Assembly (NCBI GenBank): GCA_022826885.1
Contig: JAJDUB010000020.1
Span: 6,140-70,139, forward strand
Direction of reading: 5' to 3'
Length of the DNA stretch: 64,000 nt
DNA from: Gammaproteobacteria bacterium
GTDB taxonomy: Bacteria; Pseudomonadota; Gammaproteobacteria; Eutrophobiales; Eutrophobiaceae
Shown here one piece after another: positions 44,650 through 53,882 of the stretch; position 1 is the stretch's first letter; every line of letters begins with the position of its first letter. The notes below the pieces were generated by a model that was not told where the DNA came from, made no database searches, and saw only the letters and a list, made by a program, of their open reading frames with translations. A program made the position numbers and the translations under genes.

Positions 44650-44684
44650 AGCGAACCTCCCTTACAAACTTAAAATTATCTACA

Positions 44685-44714
44685 AATGATTGATTGTTAT
44701 ATCAACATATCATT
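44685..44714. promoter_or_regulatory. AT-rich promoter/operator-like motif upstream of the second TonB-dependent receptor
   Basis: AATGATTGATTGTTATATCAACATATCATT. Its ends are palindromic (AATGAT / ATCATT), with internal TTATATCA and ATATCATT half-sites. Confidence 0.35.
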
Positions 44715-44756
44715 CCTTTATCGTATTGTAAATGCCTACGCCGGAATGACGGACGG

Positions 44757-45983
44757 CTAACGTCTCCACCGCAGCAGCATGACCACCAGGACTGCGGATA
44801 CCGCGCACAATATAATCAGCAAATCGAACGCCGGCAGGTAAGACCCCTGTGCGACACGCACTTGCCCCATGTAACTTACCCCGGCGGAACCGGCAAGGGA
44901 ATCCACGGTGGTCAGCAAGGCCAGGATTTTGCCGTAGGAAGCGCCGGCGAAATATTCGGCAAGCACCAGTTGGATCATGCTGAACGAAGCGCCGAAACCT
45001 ACACCGAACACCACCGCGTAAGCGTACAGGCCCACAAAATTATCGGCTGAGACGGTACGCAACAGCAGCAGGCCGGCAACCAGACTCAGCACGGCGGCGA
45101 GCATTACCCGCAACTTGTCCACCCTGTCGCTGAGCCAACTGAACAGCAGCTTGCCCATGATTGCGAACCAGAAGAACATGCTGAATATCAGCGGCAGCCG
45201 GGCCGAATCGACCCCCAGGTCCTTACCGATGAAAATGGACTGGTGCTGCAACATGCCGAAAGTGGCGAACCAGAGTGCGGCAGTTACGAACGCCAGGACA
45301 TAAAACACCGGCGTTGTCACGGCCTGCTTCAGTGTAGGACCCGCTGCAGCCGTTGTGTCCACGCTATCGGACTCACCGGACAACTCAACACCGTCAGCAG
45401 CTAGTCCCATCTCCTCGGGCCGGTTTCGAACCAGGAGCAGGACGGCGCTTATCATCATGACACTGCCCAGCACCGCAATCATGAACACCGCCTCGCGCCA
45501 TCCCTGTGTGACCAGTGTCTCCCGGGCAAGCAGCGGAAAAACAGCGCCGCCGATAGTCGATCCCATCAGCAGCAACCCGGCAGCCAGGCCCCGGTGACGC
45601 CTGAACCAGCGAGTCAGTATCAGCATGTTGGGCACCAGCCCGCAACCGGCCAGACCCAGAGCGAACACCACGTATATCGCGGTCAGTTGGCCGAGTGAGG
45701 TTATGGAAGGATAAAACCAGAGACCACCCACCAGGGCCAAGATGCCCAACAACATGACAATCCGGGTCGAATACCTGTCAAACAATATGCCTGCGAACGG
45801 AACGGCCAGGGCGGCGACAACCAAGAACAGCGCGGCCGGGCGGGTAACCTGCTCGGCATTCCAGCCAAACTCGTCGATGAGTTCGGGGTAGAACAGCGGC
45901 AGGGTGTAGATGAGTATACCGTTGTTGGCGGTGTAGATCAGGAACAGTCCCAGTAGTACCCACCAGCCGTAGTATATTTTCAT
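44757..45983 (-). CDS. MFS transporter (oxalate/formate-antiporter-like subfamily)
   Basis: 408 aa with about 12 TM segments. MKIYYGWWVLLGLFLIYTANNG N-terminus is typical of the OFA-like MFS subfamily. Confidence 0.8.
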   Translation of the reverse strand: MKIYYGWWVLLGLFLIYTANNGILIYTLPLFYPELIDEFGWNAEQVTRPAALFLVVAALAVPFAGILFDRYSTRIVMLLGILALVGGLWFYPSITSLGQLTAIYVVFALGLAGCGLVPNMLILTRWFRRHRGLAAGLLLMGSTIGGAVFPLLARETLVTQGWREAVFMIAVLGSVMMISAVLLLVRNRPEEMGLAADGVELSGESDSVDTTAAAGPTLKQAVTTPVFYVLAFVTAALWFATFGMLQHQSIFIGKDLGVDSARLPLIFSMFFWFAIMGKLLFSWLSDRVDKLRVMLAAVLSLVAGLLLLRTVSADNFVGLYAYAVVFGVGFGASFSMIQLVLAEYFAGASYGKILALLTTVDSLAGSAGVSYMGQVRVAQGSYLPAFDLLIILCAVSAVLVVMLLRWRR

Positions 45984-46013
45984 GTTGTGTAGCCTCTCAG
46001 GAATGACAAGTTT

Positions 46014-47192
46014 TCAGATAGCGACGGTTGTTGCATCATAGGAATACAGCCCCAGCATGTCATCGTTGTATAAAGTCTTGCCTTCTCCTGGCTGCGGCTT
46101 TGCATTCAGGAGATGCAGGCCCTGCCTGGCGGATGCTTGCTGGGCATTGGCGGCATGGCCGATCCTTGCTTGCTGATAGCGCGCCAGTGCCGTTTGCCAG
46201 TCACCGGACCCGGAAAAGGCCCGGGCCAGCACCATTGCGTCTTCAATACCAATCCCGGCGCCCAGGCCGAGGAACGGGGTCATGGGGTGTGCCGCGTCGC
46301 CCAGCAACGCAACCCGGCCATCCACCCAGTTGTCCAGCGGTTCCCTCACGTGCAAGGCCCATTTAAAGCAGCGATCGGGGGGAGTTGCGCGGATAATCGT
46401 CTGTACGTTTTCACACCAGTCCTGGAATTCAGATTCTACTTCCGCCACCTCGGAGCGGACCGTCCAGCCTTCCTCCCGCCAGTCCTCCCTGGTGGCTATG
46501 GCAACGTAATTCATGAGCCCGCGCTGGCGCAGCGCATACCTGCCGACGATTTTTCCCGGACCGGCGTAAAGCGCAAAATCAGGATCGATCTCAAGTCCCG
46601 GAAGGCGCTCAAGATCCACCAGGCCGCGCCAGGCCACGTAACCGGTAAACGTCGCCGGCGTGCCGGGAAACAGCGTCTCGCGTACCGTCGACTTTATCCC
46701 GTCAGATGCAATCAATACATCACCGCTTTCCGCGACACCGTTGGCGAACCGGCTGGTCACCTCGTCAGCCGATTGGGTGATGCCGGTCACTTTATGGCCG
46801 GGCCTGAGTTCAGCGTCGGGGTCATCAGCCAGGGCATCCACCAGCACGCCCAGCAAGTCCGCGCGATGGATATGCCAAAAAGGGGCGCCGAATTCGGAGA
46901 TGTAGCTGTCGCCGCGCAGGGAGTAGGAAATTCGATCCCCGGTCCTGAAGTGCAGGATACCGGCGTGGCGCGGCGTCCTGACGTATGGCGCCAGTCTTTC
47001 CTGCAGGCCCAGGGCCAGCAGCACCCTGGACGCGTTGGGGCCGATGGTGATACCTGCGCCTACGTCGCCAAACTGTTCCGACTGTTCGAACAATACGACG
47101 GGGAACCCATACTTTCTGAGAGCGATGGCCGCAGTCAAACCGGCTATGCCGCCACCGATAATGTGGATGCGAGATGTGCTGTTGGCCGGCAT
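46014..47192 (-). CDS. FAD-dependent aromatic-ring monooxygenase (salicylate/3-hydroxybenzoate hydroxylase-like)
   Basis: IHIIGGGIAGLTAAIAL (GxGxxG), DGIKSTVR, and RVALLGDAAHPMTPFLGLGAGIGIEDA. Confidence 0.85.
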   Translation of the reverse strand: MPANSTSRIHIIGGGIAGLTAAIALRKYGFPVVLFEQSEQFGDVGAGITIGPNASRVLLALGLQERLAPYVRTPRHAGILHFRTGDRISYSLRGDSYISEFGAPFWHIHRADLLGVLVDALADDPDAELRPGHKVTGITQSADEVTSRFANGVAESGDVLIASDGIKSTVRETLFPGTPATFTGYVAWRGLVDLERLPGLEIDPDFALYAGPGKIVGRYALRQRGLMNYVAIATREDWREEGWTVRSEVAEVESEFQDWCENVQTIIRATPPDRCFKWALHVREPLDNWVDGRVALLGDAAHPMTPFLGLGAGIGIEDAMVLARAFSGSGDWQTALARYQQARIGHAANAQQASARQGLHLLNAKPQPGEGKTLYNDDMLGLYSYDATTVAI

Positions 47193-47212
47193 CTGCGGTT
47201 ACGGGCGAGTCG

Positions 47213-48208
47213 TTATTCCAGGTGTGATGGGATTTCAATCCTGCCGCCGCCTACGGCAAGCCCCCGGGCATACACGACTTCCAGCCATATCACACCGCCG
47301 GTCGTGGCAGGTCCGTCAGCAAAACCGAACAGGCTGTACGGGGCCTGGTAGACAAAAAAGTCCTTCGTCAACGTTACCGGTGCTCCCGCGGCGCCGGGGG
47401 CACTGCGCTGTTCGACGGTCAGGTCGCCATAGATGATATAGATAAAACGGCTGGCCTGTTTGTAATAACTCTTCGAGTGTTTCTGCGGGGCCTGCCACCC
47501 GGGAGGCAATTTGACCAGCCTGGCGCGGAAGCCCTCTTTCTGGTCGTCACTCAACCACTTGATCATGCGGCCCGGTACCTTGGTATCGGTTTCCCACTCC
47601 AGGTCGGTTGTGGTATGCACTATCCACGGGTGGTTGAACTGCTGTACCGCCTGCCAGTCAGGCAGGTACGGGTCCGGTTTTTCGGGAAAATCCGGTTTGA
47701 AATGATCCCCTTCCGGACCCAGGGTGACGACACTGCCGTCGCCTTCCTCGAATATCAGCAGGGTGCAGGCATGCTGCGGGCGCATCCCGCCGACTTCCCA
47801 TACACCGCCGTGCAGCGTATAGGCGGGGCGGTCCAGCCAGGTGCCCTGGGTGAAATGGGAGAGCATGCCGGATTTCTGCTGCGGGCTGACCGGCTCATGG
47901 ATGACGAAATCACCATCCAGTACGTAGGCCCACTCATGCCAGTGATGGTAATGAACCCCGAGCGGGTCGATTGGCGGCGTCATGTCCCAGCGCGGCAGGA
48001 AGTGCGCGTAGATCAGGCTGCTGTCATTGGGCCCCTTGAAAAACGTCTTGGTCTTTGACTTGAACCGGGGGCTGGCGTCCCAGGGATGGCTGCCGACGTC
48101 TACGATCTGCAACGGTTGCCATTGTTCCGCGGCAACCGCAACCTTAGTGCCCCCCGGCAATAACAGCCAGATTGCCAGCACAACATAAGCCCTGCACAGG
48201 TATTTCAT
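47213..48208 (-). CDS. Sec-exported bicupin-like protein (paralog of 22688-23686)
   Basis: Trimmed to ATG 48208 after GGGAGGGTAGG. Signal MKYLCRAYVVLAIWLLLPGGTKVAVAAEQ. Cupin motif HYHHWHEWAYVLDG. Confidence 0.65.
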   Translation of the reverse strand: MKYLCRAYVVLAIWLLLPGGTKVAVAAEQWQPLQIVDVGSHPWDASPRFKSKTKTFFKGPNDSSLIYAHFLPRWDMTPPIDPLGVHYHHWHEWAYVLDGDFVIHEPVSPQQKSGMLSHFTQGTWLDRPAYTLHGGVWEVGGMRPQHACTLLIFEEGDGSVVTLGPEGDHFKPDFPEKPDPYLPDWQAVQQFNHPWIVHTTTDLEWETDTKVPGRMIKWLSDDQKEGFRARLVKLPPGWQAPQKHSKSYYKQASRFIYIIYGDLTVEQRSAPGAAGAPVTLTKDFFVYQAPYSLFGFADGPATTGGVIWLEVVYARGLAVGGGRIEIPSHLE

Positions 48209-48276
48209 ATACCTACCCTCCCGTTTGATTGTTACACGGGAATGTACCACGTCCCCGACCTGTTATCGAATGTATT

Positions 48277-48290
48277 AATGTTATAACATT
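48277..48290. promoter_or_regulatory. Perfect 14-bp AT-rich palindrome between divergent cupin and FAD-oxidase genes
   Basis: AATGTTATAACATT, which reads TGTTATAAC (extended -10-like) on both strands. Confidence 0.4.
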
Positions 48291-48338
48291 CCAGTAATCC
48301 CATGGCAAAACAGGCGCATGCCGGAGCGAGGGCAGACA

Positions 48339-49928
48339 ATGACCGAAACCCACACATTAACACCGGCTGTATTATCCGGCTTTCATGACATCGTCGGCGC
48401 CGAGTTCGTTATTACCGACCCCGCTGAACTGAGTTATTACTCGACGGACGTATACCGCAGCTTCGAAACCGCCCTGGCTGTCCTACAACCGGAAAATGCT
48501 CAACAACTGCGTGAAATCGTATCGTTGTGCAAACAGAACAGCTTATACATGGTCACGCGCGGCGGCGGTATGTCGTATACGGATTCTTACCTGCACAAGT
48601 CGGCGCGCGGCGTCAGTATCGACATGCGCAGGATGAACAGGATCATCGATATCAATATCCGGGACATGATCGTGACAGTGGAATGCGGTTGCACATGGCA
48701 GAAACTGAACGAGGCCCTTGCTCCTCACGGCCTGCGCCCACCCTATTGGGGGCCGCTTTCCGGCATGCGCGCCACAATCGGCGGTGCCTTGTCACAAAAC
48801 AGTGTGTTCTGGGGCGGAACATCGCACGGTACGGCCGCGGAAAGTGTGCTTGGACTGGACGTATTGCTGGGCAACGGTGAGATTCTGCCCACCGGGGCGC
48901 ACGGGAAAAAGGACGGTGTGCCGTTCATGCGTTATGACGGTCCCGACCTGACGGGACTGTTTATCGGTGACAGCGGCGCTCTGGGAATCAAGACAGTCGC
49001 AACCCTGCGCCTGGTAACGATCCCGGCCGTGGTGAAATACGCTTCGTTTTCTTTTGAGACTCACCAGCAGCTCTGCGCGGCCATGTCGGAGATCGGCCGC
49101 CGGGGCCTCGCCTCCGAATGTTACGCTTTCGATCCGTTCCTGCAGAACAGCCGCGTGGTGGGCGGCGATGCCGATGTGGTGGAAGACGTCAAGACCCTGG
49201 CGCGGGTAGCCGGTAAAAGCGGCCTGAAAGAATCGATCAAAATCGCAGCCGGCGGCCGCAGGTTTATCAGGAAAGTGCAATGGGGTCTGCACGTCCATGT
49301 AGAGGATCGCTGCGAAGCAGGCGCCGACCATGCCCTGGCGGAGATCGATAAAATCGCGGATGAAAATGGCGGGATCAGCATAGCCAACAGCTTGCCTGTG
49401 ATAATGAGCTCCCACCCTTTCCCGCCGACAAACTCAATGGTAGGGCCGGACGGCGAACGCTGGGTCCCGATACACGGGAAAGTGGCTCATTCGCAGGCAT
49501 CTGAAACGATCGACAAAATCCAGGATTTGTTTCGGCAAAACAAGGCGGTACTGGAAAAATACAACATCGACACGGGTTACCTGCTGTGTACGGTAGGCAA
49601 TACTACGTTCCTGGTGGAACCGGTCTTTTTCTGGCCGGATGAATTGAATGAAGTACACCGCCGCAATGTTGAACCCGACGTATTCAACAGGTTCACGCCC
49701 GTACCAGCAAATCCGGAAGCTCGCACTGAGGCCGAAAGAATTCGGAACGAGGTGCGCAGCATTTTCCTGGAACAGGGCGCGGTACATTTTCAGATAGGGA
49801 AATACTACCCTTACAAGAACAGCCGCCGGGACGTGGCCTGGTCCATGATGGAACAGTTAAAACGCCTGCTGGACAAGGACGGGGTGCTCAATCCGGGACA
49901 ACTCGGCCTGAATGAGGCCGGTTCGTAA
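48339..49928 (+). CDS. FAD-binding oxidase/dehydrogenase (GlcD / PCMH type; paralog of 27303-28886)
   Basis: Start ATG 48339 was chosen because it makes the N-terminus the same length as the paralog (27 residues before ...(L/I)TD). VLQPENAQQLREIVSLCKQNSLYMVTRGGGMSYTDSY. Confidence 0.8.
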   Translation: MTETHTLTPAVLSGFHDIVGAEFVITDPAELSYYSTDVYRSFETALAVLQPENAQQLREIVSLCKQNSLYMVTRGGGMSYTDSYLHKSARGVSIDMRRMNRIIDINIRDMIVTVECGCTWQKLNEALAPHGLRPPYWGPLSGMRATIGGALSQNSVFWGGTSHGTAAESVLGLDVLLGNGEILPTGAHGKKDGVPFMRYDGPDLTGLFIGDSGALGIKTVATLRLVTIPAVVKYASFSFETHQQLCAAMSEIGRRGLASECYAFDPFLQNSRVVGGDADVVEDVKTLARVAGKSGLKESIKIAAGGRRFIRKVQWGLHVHVEDRCEAGADHALAEIDKIADENGGISIANSLPVIMSSHPFPPTNSMVGPDGERWVPIHGKVAHSQASETIDKIQDLFRQNKAVLEKYNIDTGYLLCTVGNTTFLVEPVFFWPDELNEVHRRNVEPDVFNRFTPVPANPEARTEAERIRNEVRSIFLEQGAVHFQIGKYYPYKNSRRDVAWSMMEQLKRLLDKDGVLNPGQLGLNEAGS

Positions 49929-49962
49929 CTGCAACCAATGGAACATGAGAGGTCAGATTTCA

Positions 49963-50460
49963 ATGAAATTCATACACGGGTTTAAAAAACCAGCTTTGCT
50001 TATGCTCCTGGGCCTGGCTTTGTCAAATCAGGCAGTAGCGGACGAGGCAAAAGACATCGCTGCCATTGAACAGGTCGCGCAACGCTGGATAGAACTGTAT
50101 ACCGCCGGCGACCTGGACCGGTTGATGACCTTGTACACGGACGATGCCATCGTCGCCCTGCACGGCAGGCCCGCTCTACGCGGCGTGGAACAGATTCGCA
50201 ACTTTTTCGCGCCGGGGATGGGCAAATCCAGGGTGACGTTCGAGATAGATATCGAGGAAATACAGATTCACGGCGATACGGCGCATCTGCTGAGCAAGTA
50301 CTACCTGACCGCCGAACCCAGGTCGGGCGGAGATACTTACCGGGACGCAGGGAGATCCCTGCTCATATACAAAAGAAACGCAGACAACGAATGGAAACTG
50401 TACCTGGATATCGACCAGGCCACGCCTGACGCACAGTTTCAAATTCAGGGGTCAGAGTAA
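49963..50460 (+). CDS. Exported SnoaL/NTF2-like (DUF4440-type) protein
   Basis: Trimmed to ATG 49963. Signal MKFIHGFKKPALLMLLGLALSNQAVA, then IAAIEQVAQRWIELYTAGDLDRLMTLYTDDAIV. The last four codons and the stop lie inside the family-B repeat. Confidence 0.6.
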   Translation: MKFIHGFKKPALLMLLGLALSNQAVADEAKDIAAIEQVAQRWIELYTAGDLDRLMTLYTDDAIVALHGRPALRGVEQIRNFFAPGMGKSRVTFEIDIEEIQIHGDTAHLLSKYYLTAEPRSGGDTYRDAGRSLLIYKRNADNEWKLYLDIDQATPDAQFQIQGSE

Positions 50461-50490
50461 AATTTCTGGCGAAATTCTTACTCTGACCCC
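50448..50490. repeat. REP-like palindromic element, family B (full 43-nt copy)
   Basis: GGGGTCAGAGTAAAATTTCTGGCGAAATTCTTACTCTGACCCC, between convergent genes. Confidence 0.85.
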
Positions 50491-50502
50491 GGATTTCCGG
50501 CG

Positions 50503-51168
50503 CTAGAAATCGATCTTCGCTATGCAGATCCAGGCGGCGGCGAGGGTGGAAGCATACACCGCAAGCACGGCCCACATGGTCTGGTCCACGGTCCGGGTAA
50601 TGCCCGCCTCGACTTCCTCCGATGATCCTTTTTCCGCCAGTTCTGCCGTTAACCGGCCCACCGGCAGGAACATCCAGTCTATGCCGATTGCAAACCAGTA
50701 GACCAGTCCGTAAATGACGATCTTGGCTGCCAGCCAGGAAACCATGTCCGGTGTACCGTTGATCATCGAGGCCGACCCGGTAGCGATCAGCAGCAGCCCG
50801 GCAATACCCAGCCCGACCCAGTTGAGACGTTGCAGCCTGGCCCCCAGGGGAGTGCCGATATGTTTCGCCGCAGACATGTTGACCGTCAGCAAGACCGCGG
50901 CAAGCAGCCACAGGCCAACCAGGCCCGGTATATCGACACTGAGCAACCCGGCGGCATTGGCCAGGTGCACCCCTGCAGGCAGCATGATGATAAAGCAGAT
51001 GCGCGGCAGGGTATCGATGACCATCGCCATGTGCAGCAGCGTCAGGCGCGTCTCCACGGACAGGCTTGCATCGCGGAATCTCCGGGCCAGCAACAAAACG
51101 CCGACGTCGGTCCCCAGCCAGAAAACCAGCAGCAGGACATGGATAAACTTTATGACTTCGTAGGACAT
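50503..51168 (-). CDS. Hypothetical integral membrane protein
   Basis: 221 aa with about 6 hydrophobic segments (IKFIHVLLLVFWLGTDVGVLLLA...). 9 nt downstream of the NSS transporter gene. Confidence 0.55.
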   Translation of the reverse strand: MSYEVIKFIHVLLLVFWLGTDVGVLLLARRFRDASLSVETRLTLLHMAMVIDTLPRICFIIMLPAGVHLANAAGLLSVDIPGLVGLWLLAAVLLTVNMSAAKHIGTPLGARLQRLNWVGLGIAGLLLIATGSASMINGTPDMVSWLAAKIVIYGLVYWFAIGIDWMFLPVGRLTAELAEKGSSEEVEAGITRTVDQTMWAVLAVYASTLAAAWICIAKIDF

Positions 51169-51177
51169 GGACGAATA

Positions 51178-52539
51178 TTAAAACAGGTTTGTCACGAGTA
51201 TACCGGCAATGGCCAGCGGCGTCACGGTCCTGATCAGGAACTGCCAAGTACGGAACAGCCATGGCGTGTTTATGCGCAATTCATCCGCCAGGGTGCTGTC
51301 CCGCATGAACCAGCCGGCAAAGATGGCGATAAGCATGCCGCCAATCGGCATCATCAGGTTCGCCGTCAGGTAATCCATCAGTTCAAATATGTTCAAGCCG
51401 GCGATGGGTCTGACTTGTTCCCAGATGTTGAATGAGAGCATGCTGCCGAGGCCCAGTAGCCAGAGGGCGGAAATCGTGACTGCCGCGCTCTTCCTGCGGG
51501 TCATGCCGCGCCGCTCCTCCACCCAGGCCACCGCCGGTTCCAGGATGGCGATGGAAGAGGTGACCGCGGCAAACAGCAACAGCAGGAAAAACAAGGCGCC
51601 GAACAGGCCCCCGGCCGGCATGTTGCCGAACGCGATAGGCAGGGTGACGAAGATCAGGCCCGGTCCTTCCCCCGGTTCCAGGCCGTTCGCGAACACCAGT
51701 GGAAAGATGGCCACACCGGCCACGATGGCGACAAACGTATCGGCCCCGGCAATGACGACCGCGGTCCTGGGGATGGATATTTCCCGGGGGATGTAGGCGC
51801 CGTACGCCATCATCAGTCCCATGGATACGCCGACGGAAAAAAACGCGTGTCCCACCGCCGACAGCATGACCGCCGGGTTGATCCGTCCGAAGTCCACGGC
51901 AAAGAGAAACCTGAGTCCGGCTGCCATGTCCCCCGCAACGGCGCTGTAGACAGTCAGGGCCAGCAACATGATGAACAGCGCCGGCATCAGGATCCCGGTC
52001 GCCCGTTCGATACCTTTCCGAAGTCCGCTACTGACGATAAGACCGGTCAGCCCCAGGAACACGGTAAACCACAGCAGCAGGCGCAGCGGATCCGACAGCA
52101 GGCCGGCAAAACGCGCCTGTGCCTCGTCCGGGCCGACCCCGGAAAACCCCGCGCGCATCGACCCATACGCATAGTCCAGCACCCAGCCGCCGATTACGCT
52201 GTAAAAGCCGAGGATCAGGAACCCGGCGCCGGCGCCGATCCAGCCCACGCCGGACCACCAGCGAGACCGGTTTTCCTTCTCCGCGTTCAACAGCATGGCG
52301 GTGGGCGGACTCTGCCCGCCGTACCTGCCCAGCATCAACTCGGCAACCAGGATGGGAATGGCGACCAGGGCGACTGCGAACAGGTAGACGATGACAAAAG
52401 CGCCGCCGCCGCTGGACCCGGCCATATAGGGGAATTTCCAGATATTCCCGAGACCGATGGCCCCTCCTATCGCAGCCAGGATAAACCCGGTGCGGGAGGA
52501 CCATTTTTCACGTGTGGCGACTCTGGTCACTTGTGACAA
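51178..52539 (-). CDS. Sodium-dependent transporter, neurotransmitter:sodium symporter (NSS/SNF) family
   Basis: REKWSSRTGFILAAIGGAIGLGNIWKFPYMAG signature. Non-ATG start (TTG 52539 or GTG 52530). Confidence 0.85.
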   Translation of the reverse strand: MSQVTRVATREKWSSRTGFILAAIGGAIGLGNIWKFPYMAGSSGGGAFVIVYLFAVALVAIPILVAELMLGRYGGQSPPTAMLLNAEKENRSRWWSGVGWIGAGAGFLILGFYSVIGGWVLDYAYGSMRAGFSGVGPDEAQARFAGLLSDPLRLLLWFTVFLGLTGLIVSSGLRKGIERATGILMPALFIMLLALTVYSAVAGDMAAGLRFLFAVDFGRINPAVMLSAVGHAFFSVGVSMGLMMAYGAYIPREISIPRTAVVIAGADTFVAIVAGVAIFPLVFANGLEPGEGPGLIFVTLPIAFGNMPAGGLFGALFFLLLLFAAVTSSIAILEPAVAWVEERRGMTRRKSAAVTISALWLLGLGSMLSFNIWEQVRPIAGLNIFELMDYLTANLMMPIGGMLIAIFAGWFMRDSTLADELRINTPWLFRTWQFLIRTVTPLAIAGILVTNLF

Positions 52540-52601
52540 AAAACAAAGTGCATGATTATTATATTTTTCCTTATAATTGCTGATTTTACAGACAACCGGA
52601 T

Positions 52602-53843
52602 ATGAACAACAACTATATAGACGACCACCTGGACGAAATCCGCGCCGAATTCAAACTGCTGGATCACTGGGTATACCTGAACGCGGCGGACCAGATGGTG
52701 CCGGGCAATTACTGGCTGAACGCAGTGCGCGACTTTTATAACTTCGTCGAGTACGGCCGCATGGAGGATATACCCGCCGCAGACATCGCGACGCATCCGT
52801 TCCTGCTGGCCAAGTGGGATGAGAGCATCCGCCTTAGCGCAGCATTCATCAACGCCGACAAGGACGAGGTCACCAATGCCTACCGACCGGCGATCACAGC
52901 AAACTTGATCCTCTATAACATGATGGAGTGGTCGGAAGGCGATAACGTGGTAATCACGGACCTGTCCTACCCCTCCATTCCCTATATCCTCCAGGACCTG
53001 CAGCGCCGTTACGGCATCGAGATCCGGGTGGTGCGCAACGTCAACGGCGAGATCCTCATGGAAGACATGGAAAAGCTGGTGGACGGTAACACCAGGATGG
53101 TGATTGTGGACCGGACGGCAGCGTTTTGCGGGTTCACCTTTGACATGAAGGAAGTCTGCCGCATCGCCCATGCCCGGGGAGCCCTGGTGCTGGACGACGC
53201 CATGCAGACTCTGGGCGCAGTGGACATTGACGTCAAGGATGACGGCGTCGACTTCCTGGTATCGGGCGCCTACAAGTGGCAATGCGGCCCGGAGGGCGCC
53301 GGCATCTTCTATATCAAGCGTTCCGTCATGGACCGCATCGACGCCCGTTACCGCAATTACATCTGGGCGGACATTCCAGGCCCCATCCCGTTCGCAAACA
53401 GGGACCACGACAACATGGCAAGCTGGTCTTACCCCCCGGTGAACAACGCCAACCGGTTCTCACAGGACACTACCATCGGCCCCTCACTGTTCGGCTGGGT
53501 GGCGACGCTGAAGTTCTACGAGAAGATCGGCATCAAAAACGTCGAGGAACGTGTGCGGCGCCTGGGCGCCTACACCATCGACAGGCTGGAAGAAATCGGC
53601 TGCCGGGTCACCTGCCCCACCGACCCGGAAAAACGCCACGGGCTCATTACCTACACCACGGGTGATTACGACAAGGACAAGGCGTTTTTCGAGCGCTGTG
53701 CAGCCCCAGGCCGTTGTATGAAACCGATCAAGATCTCAATGCGCACCCTGGGCGGCATCGGCAACCTGCGCATAAGCGCCCATTTCTTCAATACGGAGGA
53801 GGAGATCGACTACCTGATCGACCTGCAGAAAGGGATGATGTGA
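52602..53843 (+). CDS. PLP-dependent class V aminotransferase-fold enzyme (desulfurase/epimerase/lyase-like)
   Basis: 413 aa. DFLVSGAYKWQCGPEGAGIFYIK contains the expected PLP-Lys context. Overall class-V length and layout. Confidence 0.6.
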   Translation: MNNNYIDDHLDEIRAEFKLLDHWVYLNAADQMVPGNYWLNAVRDFYNFVEYGRMEDIPAADIATHPFLLAKWDESIRLSAAFINADKDEVTNAYRPAITANLILYNMMEWSEGDNVVITDLSYPSIPYILQDLQRRYGIEIRVVRNVNGEILMEDMEKLVDGNTRMVIVDRTAAFCGFTFDMKEVCRIAHARGALVLDDAMQTLGAVDIDVKDDGVDFLVSGAYKWQCGPEGAGIFYIKRSVMDRIDARYRNYIWADIPGPIPFANRDHDNMASWSYPPVNNANRFSQDTTIGPSLFGWVATLKFYEKIGIKNVEERVRRLGAYTIDRLEEIGCRVTCPTDPEKRHGLITYTTGDYDKDKAFFERCAAPGRCMKPIKISMRTLGGIGNLRISAHFFNTEEEIDYLIDLQKGMM

Positions 53844-53882
53844 CAGTAGTAGAGAATACCGGATTTCTGTTCCGGGTCTTAC

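Noticed and set aside
46113-47351. 412-aa plus-strand ORF.
   Set aside because: It is antisense to the FAD monooxygenase, which carries clear GxGxxG and GDAAHxxxP motifs, and it crosses a gene boundary. Shadow ORF.
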